A DNA stretch of 64,000 nucleotides from Candidatus Bathyarchaeota archaeon (GCA_963714275.1 CAVQNT010000005.1:127284-191283); one strand, 5' to 3'. Counted from the first letter of the stretch, positions 52,751-63,691 are shown. The notes: generated from the letters alone by a model not told the origin. Program-made: numbers and translations.

Positions 52751-53219
52751 ATGGAGAAAAGACTGAAAATAGGGGATAAAGCAAAGAACTTCAGCCTAGA
52801 AGATCAAGACGAACACGAGTTTACACTCTCATACTTCAAAGGAAAGAGAGTACTATTGTCATTTCATCCATTCAGCTTGGACTACTGTCTGTGCAGAACA
52901 GATGATGTCTCTAGAAAACAACAAGAACACCTTTGATTCTCTTAAAGCAATTGCTGTTGGATTGAGTGTAGACACCGTGCCCTCAAAAAAAGCTTGGGCT
53001 AAAAGCCTCGGTATCAAGAATACAAGGCTTCTCTCTGACTTCTGGCCGCATGGTAAAGTCGCTGAATTATATGGGATATTTAGAACCAAAGATGGATTCT
53101 CAGAGCGTGCTAATATAATAATTGACGAAGAACAAAAGATAGCCTTCTTCAAAATCTATGATCTGGGACAACTACCTGATATATTAGAGATAATAGACAT
53201 TTTGAGAAAAATGTCTTAA
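52751..53219 (+). CDS. Peroxiredoxin, AhpE-like (frameshifted)
   Basis: FHP..WT.VC after frame correction, LSDFWPHG.VA..YG, SERA. Confidence 0.82.
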
Positions 53220-53266
53220 AGCAGTCTGTACACATACGCCTGCAACACCCTACGATCTATGCATAG

Positions 53267-54178
53267 GTGAACTCTGCTATGCAGCTTCCAGAATACCCTG
53301 ACTTTAAAAAACTTGTTCTTAGGGATAAACCGTTGCTAGACTCGCTTCTAAAGGAATCGCAGCCTCAAATATCCGAGCTTACATTCACAAACCTGTTCGT
53401 CTGGAACGATTCTGAACCAGTTCAACTCTCACGCGTCGGTGAAACAATATTGCTTCAACGTAAAAGACCTCGTGATGATAAATCCTTTCTATTGCCACCT
53501 CTAGGCAAGCAGTCTTTAACTAGCTTATTGAAAACGCTGAGAACAACCAAACTCGGAAATTTTCAGATACCTCCGCTTTATGGAATTACTCCTGAACAAT
53601 CACAACAACTGAGCAAGGAAGAGTTAAGAATAGAACCTGACCGTGACAACTGGGATTATGTTTACCTTACGAGTGACCTTGCTGACCTTTCTGGTGATAA
53701 GTACCATCCCAAACGCAATTTCATTAAGCGCTGCCTATCTAGATACAAGTGCGAATATGTACCCATCGGACAGCTGGAAATCAACGACTGCCTACAACTT
53801 CAAACACAATGGTGTAACCTCCGTACCTGTAATATGGTCCCAGGTCTGGAAGCAGAGAATACAGTTATAAAAACCACCTTCGACCACTACGAGTATCTTG
53901 GCGTCTTCGGAGGAGCTGTCTATGTTGATGATAATCTGGAAGCCTTCACACTAGCTGAACCCCTCAACAATGAGACTGCCGTCATTCACTTCGAAAAAGC
54001 TAACCCCGAAATAGAAGGGTTGTACCAAGTCATTAATCAATGGTTCTGCCAAAAAACGCTCAAAGACTTCAAGTTTGTAAACAGGGAGCAGGATCTAGGC
54101 GTATCTGGCTTAAGGAAAGCCAAGCAAAGCTACTACCCACATCATATGGTTGAAAAAAACATTGTTTATCTGATCTAG
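53267..54178 (+). CDS. DUF2156 / aminoacyl-PG-synthase C-terminal-like GNAT protein
   Basis: SELTFTNL, DYVY, L.G.KY..KRN, HFEKA, NREQDLG..GLRKAK.SY.P. Confidence 0.85.
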   Translation: MNSAMQLPEYPDFKKLVLRDKPLLDSLLKESQPQISELTFTNLFVWNDSEPVQLSRVGETILLQRKRPRDDKSFLLPPLGKQSLTSLLKTLRTTKLGNFQIPPLYGITPEQSQQLSKEELRIEPDRDNWDYVYLTSDLADLSGDKYHPKRNFIKRCLSRYKCEYVPIGQLEINDCLQLQTQWCNLRTCNMVPGLEAENTVIKTTFDHYEYLGVFGGAVYVDDNLEAFTLAEPLNNETAVIHFEKANPEIEGLYQVINQWFCQKTLKDFKFVNREQDLGVSGLRKAKQSYYPHHMVEKNIVYLI

Positions 54179-54316
54179 CATGTCTGATACTATATTGGTA
54201 GATAAGAACAAAGACATGTTTATATCGTGTATCGATACTCGCTAGGCTATCTCTAGTTCGTCAAAATTGGTCCATGATAATTAAATCAAATTTTCTTTCA
54301 CAATCGCTTAGTATTT

Positions 54317-54421
54317 TTTAGACAGTGTGGTCATGTAGTTTTCCGCGAAGATCCTCCATACATCTGCCCAATATGCAATGCAAAAAGAGAGGTGTTTACT
54401 GAGATAAAAATACATTTGTAG
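54317..54421 (+). pseudogene. Rubredoxin-like domain remnant (rubrerythrin-type C-terminus)
   Basis: FRQCGHVVFREDPPYICPICNAKREVF; no start, first Cys missing. Confidence 0.55.
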
Positions 54422-54432
54422 CCATATGGATT

Positions 54433-54822
54433 CTATAAACCATAATTCTTCGGCGAGAAGTTCTCGACCTTTGCTTCGAAATTGGCGTTGTAGGTTCTTT
54501 TGCCCTTTTCGTTGGTTGTGAAAGTGAGCCGGGTTTGGAATGTCACTCCGTTTAGTCGCCTCCAGGCTTTGCTGAAGTCGTCTTCTTTGTCATCGAACCA
54601 GCATAGAACATAGCGGTCAGACCTCCCATCAGTTGAAGAGACATAGTCGACATCTCCCATAAGAGGAAAGAAATCTTTTATGTCGCCCCTTAACTTAGTG
54701 CCTTCAACAACCTGTAAAACTGAAAGCCTTCTAGCCTTAACAACTGCGAATGATTTTCTTTCAGGCTTCTTATGTATCTCTTTATAGAATATTAGAACCG
54801 GTTTTTTCCAAGCAGCCCCCAA
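54433..54822 (-). CDS. Hypothetical protein
   Basis: 129-aa ORF with AGGAGG upstream. Confidence 0.55.
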   Translation of the reverse strand: MGAAWKKPVLIFYKEIHKKPERKSFAVVKARRLSVLQVVEGTKLRGDIKDFFPLMGDVDYVSSTDGRSDRYVLCWFDDKEDDFSKAWRRLNGVTFQTRLTFTTNEKGKRTYNANFEAKVENFSPKNYGL

Positions 54823-54897
54823 AATCCGATATGCCTCCTTCTCTGAATAAACAAAAATAAGATTGATTTAAGGTTTATCAGTTACTCCTTCAGTAGT

Positions 54898-55685
54898 TCA
54901 AATCAAGGACTTTATAAAGCCACCATCAACCTGAATTACTGCCCCAGTTATGCTGCTCTCTCAGAAGCCAAAAAGACTACGAGGTTGGCAATCTCGTTGG
55001 GTTGTGCTAGGCGTTTTAGTGGGATACTGTTGGACCATTGAGTAATTACATCTTCAGGTGTTTTTCGGGTTTTTTCCGCTGTGGATTTTGCAAGTTCTTG
55101 GACTCTTCTTGTATTAGTCCATCCTGGACATATAGCGTTGACCAAGATGCCGTATTCAGTAACTCGTTGGATAATGTTTTGGTTAAGCCAAATATGCCAG
55201 CCCTAACAGAGTTTGATAGTATAAGTCTCTCAGACTGGCTGCTTTGCAGCAAAAGATGTCATGTTGATTATCCTACCCCACTTATGCTGCTTCATGTGTG
55301 GAATAACTTCTCTGCAACAGTTTACAACACTTATCAACAGTGAGTCTATGGTTTTGCGCCAATCTTCCTCTGATGTCTCTTGAAAAAGCAATGACGGAGG
55401 ACCTCCCGTGTTATTAACCAATATGTCTAGCCTACCAAATTTTTTAACAGTCAATTTCCACCAAAGACTCGATGTTTTCTTTATTTTTTAGGTCCACTTG
55501 CACTGGTAAAACTTTGGTTCCAGTTGAGGACTCTATTTCTTCTGCAACTTCTCTAAGCTTATCTTCATTCCGGCGCATATGGTTATATTTGCACCTTCCT
55601 CAGCTAAACCATAGGCGATGGCTTTTCCTATTCCTCGGCTGGACCCAGTTACGATTGCAACGCGGTTTTTGAGCCCCAAATCCAA
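54898..55685 (-). CDS. SDR family oxidoreductase (several frameshifts)
   Basis: VTGSSRGIG, LVNNTGG, PGW..T, LAS..A...TG....VDGG. Confidence 0.8.
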
Positions 55686-55811
55686 ACCTGATTCCTCTTT
55701 AAAGATGTTTTATTTGGATTATGTTTTTTTATGGTGTAGCATGATAATATATTTTGTCTTTAAGAAAAAATGTTTAGGAAATAATTCTTTACCATTTCCC
55801 TGTTGATTAGA

Positions 55812-56273
55812 TTAAAGAGTTTTCAGTTCATCAAGCGCTTTTAGAACTTCTTTAGAGTGTCGTTTCACATCGACCTTCGGAAAAATATGCGTTATCTTCC
55901 CATCTTTGTTGATGATGAAGGTAAATCTTTTTGCGAGAACCCCTCCAACTCCAAGCACATTGTAGGCCTTAGCAACTTCCTTTTTATTATCGCTGAGAAT
56001 TGTAAATGGTAAATTGTATTTTTCAGAAAATTTTAAATGTGATTCGACACTGTCAAGACTAACTCCTATTACAACTGCACCTTTATCTTGATAGGGCTTG
56101 TAATTATCCCTGAAACTACACGCCTCTGCAGTGCAACCTGACGTGAAGTCTTTCGGATAAAAGTATAGAACCACGACTTTTTTTCCAAGATAGTCTTTCA
56201 GACTTGCCGGTAGGCCATGTTCGTCCAACAGTGAGAAATCGGGTGCTTTATCTCCGACCTTAAGCTCAACCAT
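55812..56273 (-). CDS. bcp: Peroxiredoxin Bcp/PrxQ
   Basis: YFYPKDFTSGCTAEAC. Confidence 0.92.
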   Translation of the reverse strand: MVELKVGDKAPDFSLLDEHGLPASLKDYLGKKVVVLYFYPKDFTSGCTAEACSFRDNYKPYQDKGAVVIGVSLDSVESHLKFSEKYNLPFTILSDNKKEVAKAYNVLGVGGVLAKRFTFIINKDGKITHIFPKVDVKRHSKEVLKALDELKTL

Positions 56274-56354
56274 AATATTCGACCCGACAGAGAATAATTT
56301 CTAATATGCATTTAGGTGTTTCGATTGCATTTGATAATGTATGATCTTAATACG

Positions 56355-56378
56355 CTAGCTAGCTAGCTAACTCACTAA
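56355..56378. repeat. 4-bp-periodic junction tract (CTAGCTAGCTAGCTAACTCACTAA)
   Basis: Six consecutive CTnn units. Confidence 0.8.
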
Positions 56379-56532
56379 TTTTTAAAAAAATTAAGTTCTC
56401 TAAGATAAGACTCCTTTTTAGGTCTAAATTGGGGGGTATTAACTTCGATGTAAAGGTGCGATTTAATTATGCAACAAGAATTTTTGATTTGCTAGTCAGC
56501 TATTAACTTCTATAGAAAAAAAGATGAGTGAA

Positions 56533-57610
56533 TTATGGTTGAGTTGAGTTGCTTGGCAACTGAAAGATTAACGGTGTTTCACCTGTTCCAGTCGTTATTA
56601 TGAGTACGTTTACATTAGGCGCGATTTGTTTGAGCGCTTCAACCCATAAGTAGAGCTCCAGCTATCGTAGTAGAGTTTGTTACTCCAGCAGCTTGTATAG
56701 CCATCTCTATGGCCTGTCTCGTTCCGTTCGCAAGGATTACCTTTGACTGCGCTTCTCCTCCAGCCCTTATTATTGCCTCCTGCGCCGTCGCATTTGCAAG
56801 TATCAGTATCTTTTCTCTCTGGAATTCAGACTGCAGCTTCTGCTGCTCAGCAACAAGTTTCGCTTCAATTGCAGCCGTATAACTCGCTGGCAGCCCGATG
56901 TTTCTAAGGTCGAACTCTAAAGAGAATATCGCTCCTACCAAGCTCGGTTCAGAAATAAGCCGCCTCAATATTTCATCCCGCATAGATGCTGCTATAAGAA
57001 CTCTTTTCTCCACTGTTTCGACGGCTGTGAAGTTTGCCGTGACGAACCGCATCGACTCTCGTACCATTGAAGATATTGCTGTTATTTTCCAGTCTAGGTT
57101 TGGATAGCTACGGTAAAGATCTACAAGCTTCGTTGGGTTAAGGGTCCATCGGACCATAATGTCTATCCGCATTTCCAGCTGATCCCTACTGAAACATGGC
57201 ACAGAAGGATAATCAGATTCTATTCCGTCCCACATTCCAAGGCTGTCCAGAGCGTAATAGATCTGTATCCCTTGAATCCAAGGTGCTTTAATATACCATG
57301 TTGGGCCGAGAACCGGTCCATCAACCGACTTAGTTAATGGGTCAACAAGGATTAATGCGTAGCCAACAGGCACATTTACAAACATGGCTGAACTAAATAA
57401 AACGGCAACCGACAGTATGACTACCAATCCTAGAACTGCGCCTAGTTTCATAAACTTTCTCAATCTGCCACCCACCTTTGCTAGGGGAAACGGTATTCTG
57501 CGACTCTTTGGCTCCTCGAACTTTAGCTGTGCTCCGCAAGAGCGGCAGTAGGGTAAATTCTCATCTGTCTCTCTTCCACACTTTGGACATTTGAAAACTG
57601 GTTTGGACAT
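56533..57610 (-). CDS. SPFH/prohibitin family protein with N-terminal zinc ribbon (C-terminal frameshift)
   Basis: CPKC...CRSC, one TM helix, band-7 domain, AIEAKLVAEQ coiled coil. Confidence 0.82.
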
Positions 57611-57686
57611 AACTAATCACCTACATGAATAGTAAGATATTAAAATAAAAAGATAGCTCAGCTATGCGTGCGTGTGTTTTTTTAGA

Positions 57687-57720
57687 GTGTGTGTGCATTA
57701 AAATTTAATCCAACACACAC
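57687..57720. repeat. Inverted repeat GTGTGTGT-GC-ATTAAAATTTAAT-CCA-ACACACAC
   Basis: Core identical to 40879-40891 and 58586-58598. Confidence 0.75.
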
Positions 57721-57807
57721 ATTTTTCATACAAATTTCATAACGTAAGAGAGAATAAAAAGAGTAGCTAACTGTAAATTAATTAGTTTATTTTTAGTGGC
57801 TTAGCAG

Positions 57808-58358
57808 TTATTTTCTCTATTCTTACAGTTTGTTTCCATCTTTCTTTGTGTAAAAAATAGTAGTCCCATTTCTTTACTAATTCGATATACCTTTCTACGG
57901 ATAAGACGGTGAAGTGAAAATGTCTGTTTTCTACGTGCTCATGTATCTCTAAGTCGGCTTTCTCTTTTTCTACTCAGCTCTTCAAGAAAGGCATTGTTAA
58001 TTTCTGGTTCGACTGGTATTTCAACTCCAAACCCGGCTAGGTCCTTTTTTGATATTAAAGGTCTTACTGTCCATCTGTCCGTTCCTATTATAAGAATCAT
58101 GAAGACTTGGGTTTCAAAGAAGTCTCTTCTCCACATTCCCATGCCACGATAAGACCAATCTTTTTCTGTTCTTTTCACAGATGTTATGAAAGAGTCGATG
58201 TCTTTTCTATTTATTTCTTCGTTGATCGTAAGATTGTTCGGAATGAAGATATCTGGATGCATCGCCTTCAAAATTAAAAGTTTTGATAAGTGGTTTCTTC
58301 TTGAAATATAGACGTAGAACAATGCTTTTCTACCCTCTTTTACCTCCCGGCTCATCAT
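57808..58358 (-). CDS. Hypothetical protein (C-terminal frameshift)
   Basis: 139-aa ORF continuing as HEHVENRHFHFTV in the shifted frame. Confidence 0.5.
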
Positions 58359-58570
58359 TGAATGAAATCACGCTTGTCAAAATTTACAAAGAAGGGAGGA
58401 ATCTCTAGAGTCTAATTCGATCTCTCCAAGTCGAAAATAAATGTTTTCCACAGTTCCAGCAACCTAACAGGCTATACTAGGTGAGCAATAAAAATTAATC
58501 ACTCTCCCTTGCGTGCGCTATTTCCCTTTTTGCATGGATAACCAAGTAATGAAACAACATCTTAACTTTT

Positions 58571-58609
58571 GGGTGTGTGCGAGGGATTAAAATTTAATAC
58601 ACCACCACC
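58571..58609. repeat. Third ATTAAAATTTAAT palindrome with GT-rich/AC-rich flanks
   Basis: GGGTGTGTGCGAGGG-ATTAAAATTTAAT-ACACCACCACC. Confidence 0.7.
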
Positions 58610-58983
58610 AAATTGACTTAGAGCTTTGAAGTGTACGTTGATATTGTTGCTTTGAGCTGGCTGTAAAAGCAAGAAGCAAAAGATGTACAGAAAGTAAGAT
58701 ATCAAAGGATATTATGATACGTATATCCTTTCGGGAAAAAGGGTATACTCGACGGGGAATACAATTTATGTAATTTAAAATAGCCTTTAGTGTATACTAT
58801 AGAAGGAGAAAATTTGAAGAACGTCTTCCAACTCTGGATGGATAATAATAAGAAATTGCCTTTTAAGGTTAGGCGGTTCTCGTAAGCCAGCTAGCTACAT
58901 CGGTTCATTAGGTTTTTTGTTTTAGATGGTTCACACCAAATTGTTAGATAGTTGATGGTGGTAACTGTAAAGAGAGGGAAACT

Positions 58984-59589
58984 ATGTCGCTTATGCCAGC
59001 TTTTGAGTTGGGCTTGTGGAACGCTTGGATTATTACGGTTCTAGGTTTTATTCTCCCTTGGATTCCCTCTTACATTAACAAAGAAGTAGTGAATAAGAGA
59101 ATGGGGAAGATTAAGTGGAGTGAGTTTAGTAAAACTGTAAAAATAGTATTAATAATTACTCAGGTCATAATCATGCCTTTCACAATAATCTACTCTTTCT
59201 TCTTGCCTTTGAAGCTAGGCACAGTCTGGTTCTATGTAGGTCTACCCATCAGCATTCTGGGGATTATTATGCCCTTCATATCTGGAGTCTCCTTTGCTAC
59301 TGCTCCACTTGATAAACCCCTAACCACAGGTGTATACCGCATTTCAAGAAACCCCGAGTATTTCTCAATGTTCTTACAATATTTAGGCATAGGCATAAGC
59401 GGTCTTTCTTGGGTCTTTATACTATGTGCGGTGGCATGGATAATCTCGTTTCACATTGAGATAGTGCAAAGCGAAGAACCCTCTCTAATTGAGAAGTACG
59501 GAGATGCATACAGAGAATACATGAATAGGACTCCTAGATGGATAGGAATACCTAAATCAAGGAAAAATGACGAAAACCTCAAAAGGTAG
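58984..59589 (+). CDS. Isoprenylcysteine carboxyl-/phospholipid methyltransferase family membrane protein
   Basis: TTGVYRISRNPEY, EE..L...YG..Y.EY...TPRW. Confidence 0.85.
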   Translation: MSLMPAFELGLWNAWIITVLGFILPWIPSYINKEVVNKRMGKIKWSEFSKTVKIVLIITQVIIMPFTIIYSFFLPLKLGTVWFYVGLPISILGIIMPFISGVSFATAPLDKPLTTGVYRISRNPEYFSMFLQYLGIGISGLSWVFILCAVAWIISFHIEIVQSEEPSLIEKYGDAYREYMNRTPRWIGIPKSRKNDENLKR

Positions 59590-59703
59590 GACTCAAAGGT
59601 AAGACATTCAAACACGAATACCACTTTAAGGTTTAAGCCTTACATAGTTAAAGAATCCTAACTGTTGTTTGTAGTTGCCTCTCTTTGTTCTTGTTTGTGC
59701 TTT

Positions 59704-60123
59704 ATGGAAAGCTCGTTTCATTGTTTCATGAAAACTATTGTGTCTAGTGAACTTGAGAGGGATGGATATGCGCTCTATCTTGAGCCTTGGGAGCCTCCCC
59801 TGAAAAGGATGAACTGGAGTCCCTATCGTCCAGACGTTTTCGGCTTATCACTGAAAGAAGAAAAGGAAAAGAAGATAGTCATTTCTGAATGCGAGACTAA
59901 ACCGAACATAAGCAAAGTATGTAATAAAACTTTTAAAATTAGACGGTGGCTCAGTTACCAGAAGAAACTTTGCGAGGAACATAATCTCTGTTTTCTGCTT
60001 GTCATTCTTGCAGGGAATCATAAGAAAGTAAATACGCCTTCAATTACACGATTATGGGACATATGGATCATGAATAATAAAGGCACTGTTTTATATAAGA
60101 TCCCGAAAAGAATCTTATCTTGA
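59704..60123 (+). CDS. Hypothetical protein, possible PD-(D/E)xK nuclease fold
   Basis: H..MK...., YRPDVFG...VISECET. Confidence 0.45.
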   Translation: MESSFHCFMKTIVSSELERDGYALYLEPWEPPLKRMNWSPYRPDVFGLSLKEEKEKKIVISECETKPNISKVCNKTFKIRRWLSYQKKLCEEHNLCFLLVILAGNHKKVNTPSITRLWDIWIMNNKGTVLYKIPKRILS

Positions 60124-60212
60124 TTGTTGTTTTTTAATTGGGAATTAGGAAAAATCTTGGGCAGATACCTAGTTACTCCTTTATAGAACATTAACCTACA
60201 TCTAAAAATTGA

Positions 60213-60521
60213 ATGCCAATGTTACTGCGAGACTTTGAAAAGATTGGAATCCTCCAATTGGTGACTTTCCTTTACGGACAAAAAAATTACGCTGCAAACA
60301 GGTCAGCAATAAATGAGAACGTAGATGCTTCCATGGAAACTATTTATAAGGTAGTCAAGGTTCTGCAAAAATATGGACTAATATATGAGGCTGCCATGGG
60401 CAACGAACCCCAAGAAAAACGGATCTTCCTGACCCAAAAAGGAATTGTGGCAGCCAAAAAACTTTCTGAAATAAATAAAATAACTCTTGAAGTTCAACAA
60501 GAATTTGAAAGGCAAGGATAA
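60213..60521 (+). CDS. Winged-helix (MarR-like) DNA-binding protein
   Basis: TIYKVVKVLQKYGLI...IFLTQKG. Confidence 0.7.
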   Translation: MPMLLRDFEKIGILQLVTFLYGQKNYAANRSAINENVDASMETIYKVVKVLQKYGLIYEAAMGNEPQEKRIFLTQKGIVAAKKLSEINKITLEVQQEFERQG

Positions 60522-60556
60522 TGATTTCATAATTGCTGTAATATATTAAAATATTC

Positions 60557-60620
60557 AATATGCTTTCAGCTGGGATCGTCTGATCATCAGATCTTATTAT
60601 GCTTGTGCTGACTGTTTGAC
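60557..60620 (+). repeat. Dispersed ~65-bp repeat, copy B
   Basis: AATATGCTTTCAGCTGGGATCGTCTG...GTGCTGACTGTTTGAC. Confidence 0.85.
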
Positions 60621-60891
60621 AGCTGCAGAGAACATTGCGTCCAAAAGAGTAATGGAAAAAACAGGAACTGCTTGACTTTTTCCATTTGAAAAATCTTAGC
60701 TGCCAGATCAGGCTCCTTTCATAAAAGTTCAATCAGCTGAAGATTGGATGTACCCCGATTTATAAACGATTTACTGTTCACATTAGCTTCTGCGACTTTT
60801 CTCTTGGATCTCTGAGTGACTAATCGACCGAGTTACATTAACCCTTAAGCCTTATTAGCAGATGCATACTTTCATGTTTTCGAGGATTTTT

Positions 60892-62428
60892 ATGATTGCT
60901 GTGATAGATGTGGGGACGACAGGCTGTAGGACGACACTTTTTAACGAGCGAGGAGACGTAAAAGGTATCGCTTACAAAGAATATGACAATATTTATCTCT
61001 CATCGGCTGGTGTTGAGCAAAATCCCACGGTCTGGATTGAGTCACTGTTAGAAACCATGAAAGTTTGTCTTATGACTGCTAACGAAAGATCGGACAGCGT
61101 TAGAGCAATAATTCTTGCGTCGCAACGGGCAACGATCATTCCAGTAGATAAAAACGGTATACCCTTGAGAAATGCCATTCTATGGTTAGATAAGAGAAGC
61201 CTCAAGGAATGCGAGTTTATTCGTTCAAGGATAGATGAAAATATAATCTATCGAAAAACTGGTTTGAGGATCGACCCATACTTTTCAGCTCCGAAGATTC
61301 TATGGATTAAAGAGCATCAACCCAAGGTTTATCATGATACTTACAAGTTCTTGACGGTTCATGACTACGTAATCTATAATTTAACGGGAGAAATTGTTAC
61401 GGATCAGACTCAAGCTTCAAGGACGATGCTATTCAATATAGATGATCGATGCTGGGATGACGAAATATTTGAAATTTTAGGAATAGACCGTGATAAAGTT
61501 CCAAGCGTAACCATCACAGGTACGCAGGTCAGTGAACTGAAGCATGCAGTCGCCAAAAAGACGGGTTTTCCCAAAGAAACCCCGGTCCTTGCTGGTGGAG
61601 GAGATCAACAATTAGCAGCCATAGGCCTTGGAGTGATCAAGGAGGGCAGAGTGAACGTAACAACAGGAGGCGGCTCATTTGTCTTGGCACATTCAGACAA
61701 GTCTCTCAGAGATAAGAGGATGAGAGTATTGTGTAGCGTCTCAGTCTATACCAGACAAGTGGATACTTGAAGCGGGAATATTTACAGCAGGCTCTATTTA
61801 CAAATGGTTTAAAGACACATTCGGACAGGTTGAGACGATTCTCTCAAAAGAGTCAAGAAAAGGCCTTATGAAATCTTGGACATGGAGGTTGAAGCTGACT
61901 CTTGCCGACCCTCAGGATTAGTATTGTTACCCCATTTCGCGGGTTCGGCAGCACCTTACTGGGACCCTTTCGCGCGGGGGATTCTTTTCAATCTCACTCT
62001 GCACACTACTAGGAAAGACCTGATCAAATCTGTGTTGGAAAGTATTTGCCTTGAAATAAAGAAAAACCTTCTCATAATCGAAGAGGTAAGCGGGAAGACT
62101 ATTGAAGAGGTCTACACTGGTGGGGGAACATCTAGGTCAAAACTGTTCAATCAGATTCAAGCAAATGTCTATGGAAAACCAGTGCTAAGAATAACGAACA
62201 CTGAAGCCACTTCACTTGGAGCTGCTATGATAAGCTTTGACTAAGCTCGGACTCTATAAAGACCTGAATGATTGTGCTTCCAACATGATCAAAATAGACT
62301 CAAGGATGAATCCTAACTACGAGTTAACAAAAAAGTACGAAGCCATACTGGAGATTAATGAAGCTATATATAATTCTCTAAAAGAGAAAGGTGTATACAA
62401 AAAAGCCTTCGAGACTCTCGACAGTTGA
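60892..62428 (+). CDS. FGGY carbohydrate kinase, xylulokinase-like (frameshifted)
   Basis: DVGTTG, WLDKRS, ASRTML, GGGDQ, GGG.SRS, SLGAA. Confidence 0.88.
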
Positions 62429-62509
62429 TTTTGTGGTCAATTATCTAATCGTATCGAAGTTATAAGCGTCATCTATGTGTAAACCTACTAGACAAATCAG
62501 ATCATGCCA

Positions 62510-63583
62510 TCAACTTACGCTTGCATTACGAATAGATTCTAGGTTAAAATTCTCCAACACACTTGGATTGACAACCCAGAAAGGTTTCTCGCCTCTTAAT
62601 AGTCTATTGATATCTTCAATAAGCAGTTCTGGGGAGCGCGTAAGAACTGATCGTCGTGCCAGCTAAATGCGACGTTAACGTTACATTGTCCAATTGGGTT
62701 AGGATGTGGTCTTTAGGTAGAGGCTCAACCCAAAAGACATCAAGAGTGCGCCTGCGATCTTTTTATCCTTCAACGCTTTGCACAGTGCACTCTCATCAAT
62801 TATCTCAGCCCTAGCCGTATTTATAACATAACTTGTTGGCTTCATGAGAGAGATCAATCTTTCATTAATCATTCCCTTTGTCTCGCCAGTCAATCTCGCG
62901 TGAATACATACATAGTCGGATTCTCCGAAGAGATCTTCAAGTGATGCGGGCTCCGCTTGGGCTTTCTTAATCTCTTCCTCATGAACATAAGGGTCGTATA
63001 CCAATATTTTAAAGTCGAATCCAGAAAGCTTCTTAATGACAAGGCGACCGACATGACCAAAACCAATAATTCCAACAGTTCGGCCCTTCAAATCGTGAAT
63101 GTTTTCTTCCTGAGGCTTAAACCAGATGCCTGACTTCAACAGAATGTTGCTTCTGGCAATGTTCCGTGCTTCTGCGAGAAGAAGCCCCACCGTAAAGTCT
63201 GAGACTGCTTCCGCATTTCTACCCATAGCCCTAAAGACGACTACTTGTTTTCTACTGGCTTCCGTCACATCCACATTTTCACATCCGGCACGACAAATAC
63301 CAATTACCTTGAGTTTCTTGGCTGCTTTAATTAAATCCCCTGGGAGGGGCGCGTAATGTGCTAAAACCATCTCCGCATCCAGAACTCTGTCGATGATTTC
63401 CTGTGAGATATGTTCCAAGGATGGTCCATACTTCTCTATCTCCCTTCTAACTCTCTGCAGTTCAACTTTGTCTAAGATCCAGTTAGTCATCTCTATCTTG
63501 AGATTTTTAATATCTAACTTTTTGGCGGCCTTAACTATGTCGTTTGCTTCAATCATGCCATCTCCTATCACCGAAACCTTCAA
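62510..63583 (-). CDS. D-2-hydroxyacid/phosphoglycerate dehydrogenase-like protein (frameshifted)
   Basis: RAG.ENVD, NAEAVSD, GFGHVG, INTARA. Confidence 0.85.
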
Positions 63584-63691
63584 CCCAATCAGCTCCTTCC
63601 AAAAGGTATTGACAATTAATCTACCAAATATCAATATCGTAGAAGTTACTTAATTTTAGTCACTCAGCTAAGTAGAAGCCTCCTTTATGGC

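Noticed and set aside
58704-58731. 9-bp inverted repeat AAAGGATAT/ATATCCTTT
   Set aside because: A single AT-rich instance far from any gene start; could be chance
60355-60732. 125-aa minus-strand ORF spanning repeat copy B
   Set aside because: Overlaps the wHTH gene, has no recognisable motif, and the repeat copies differ by frame-breaking indels
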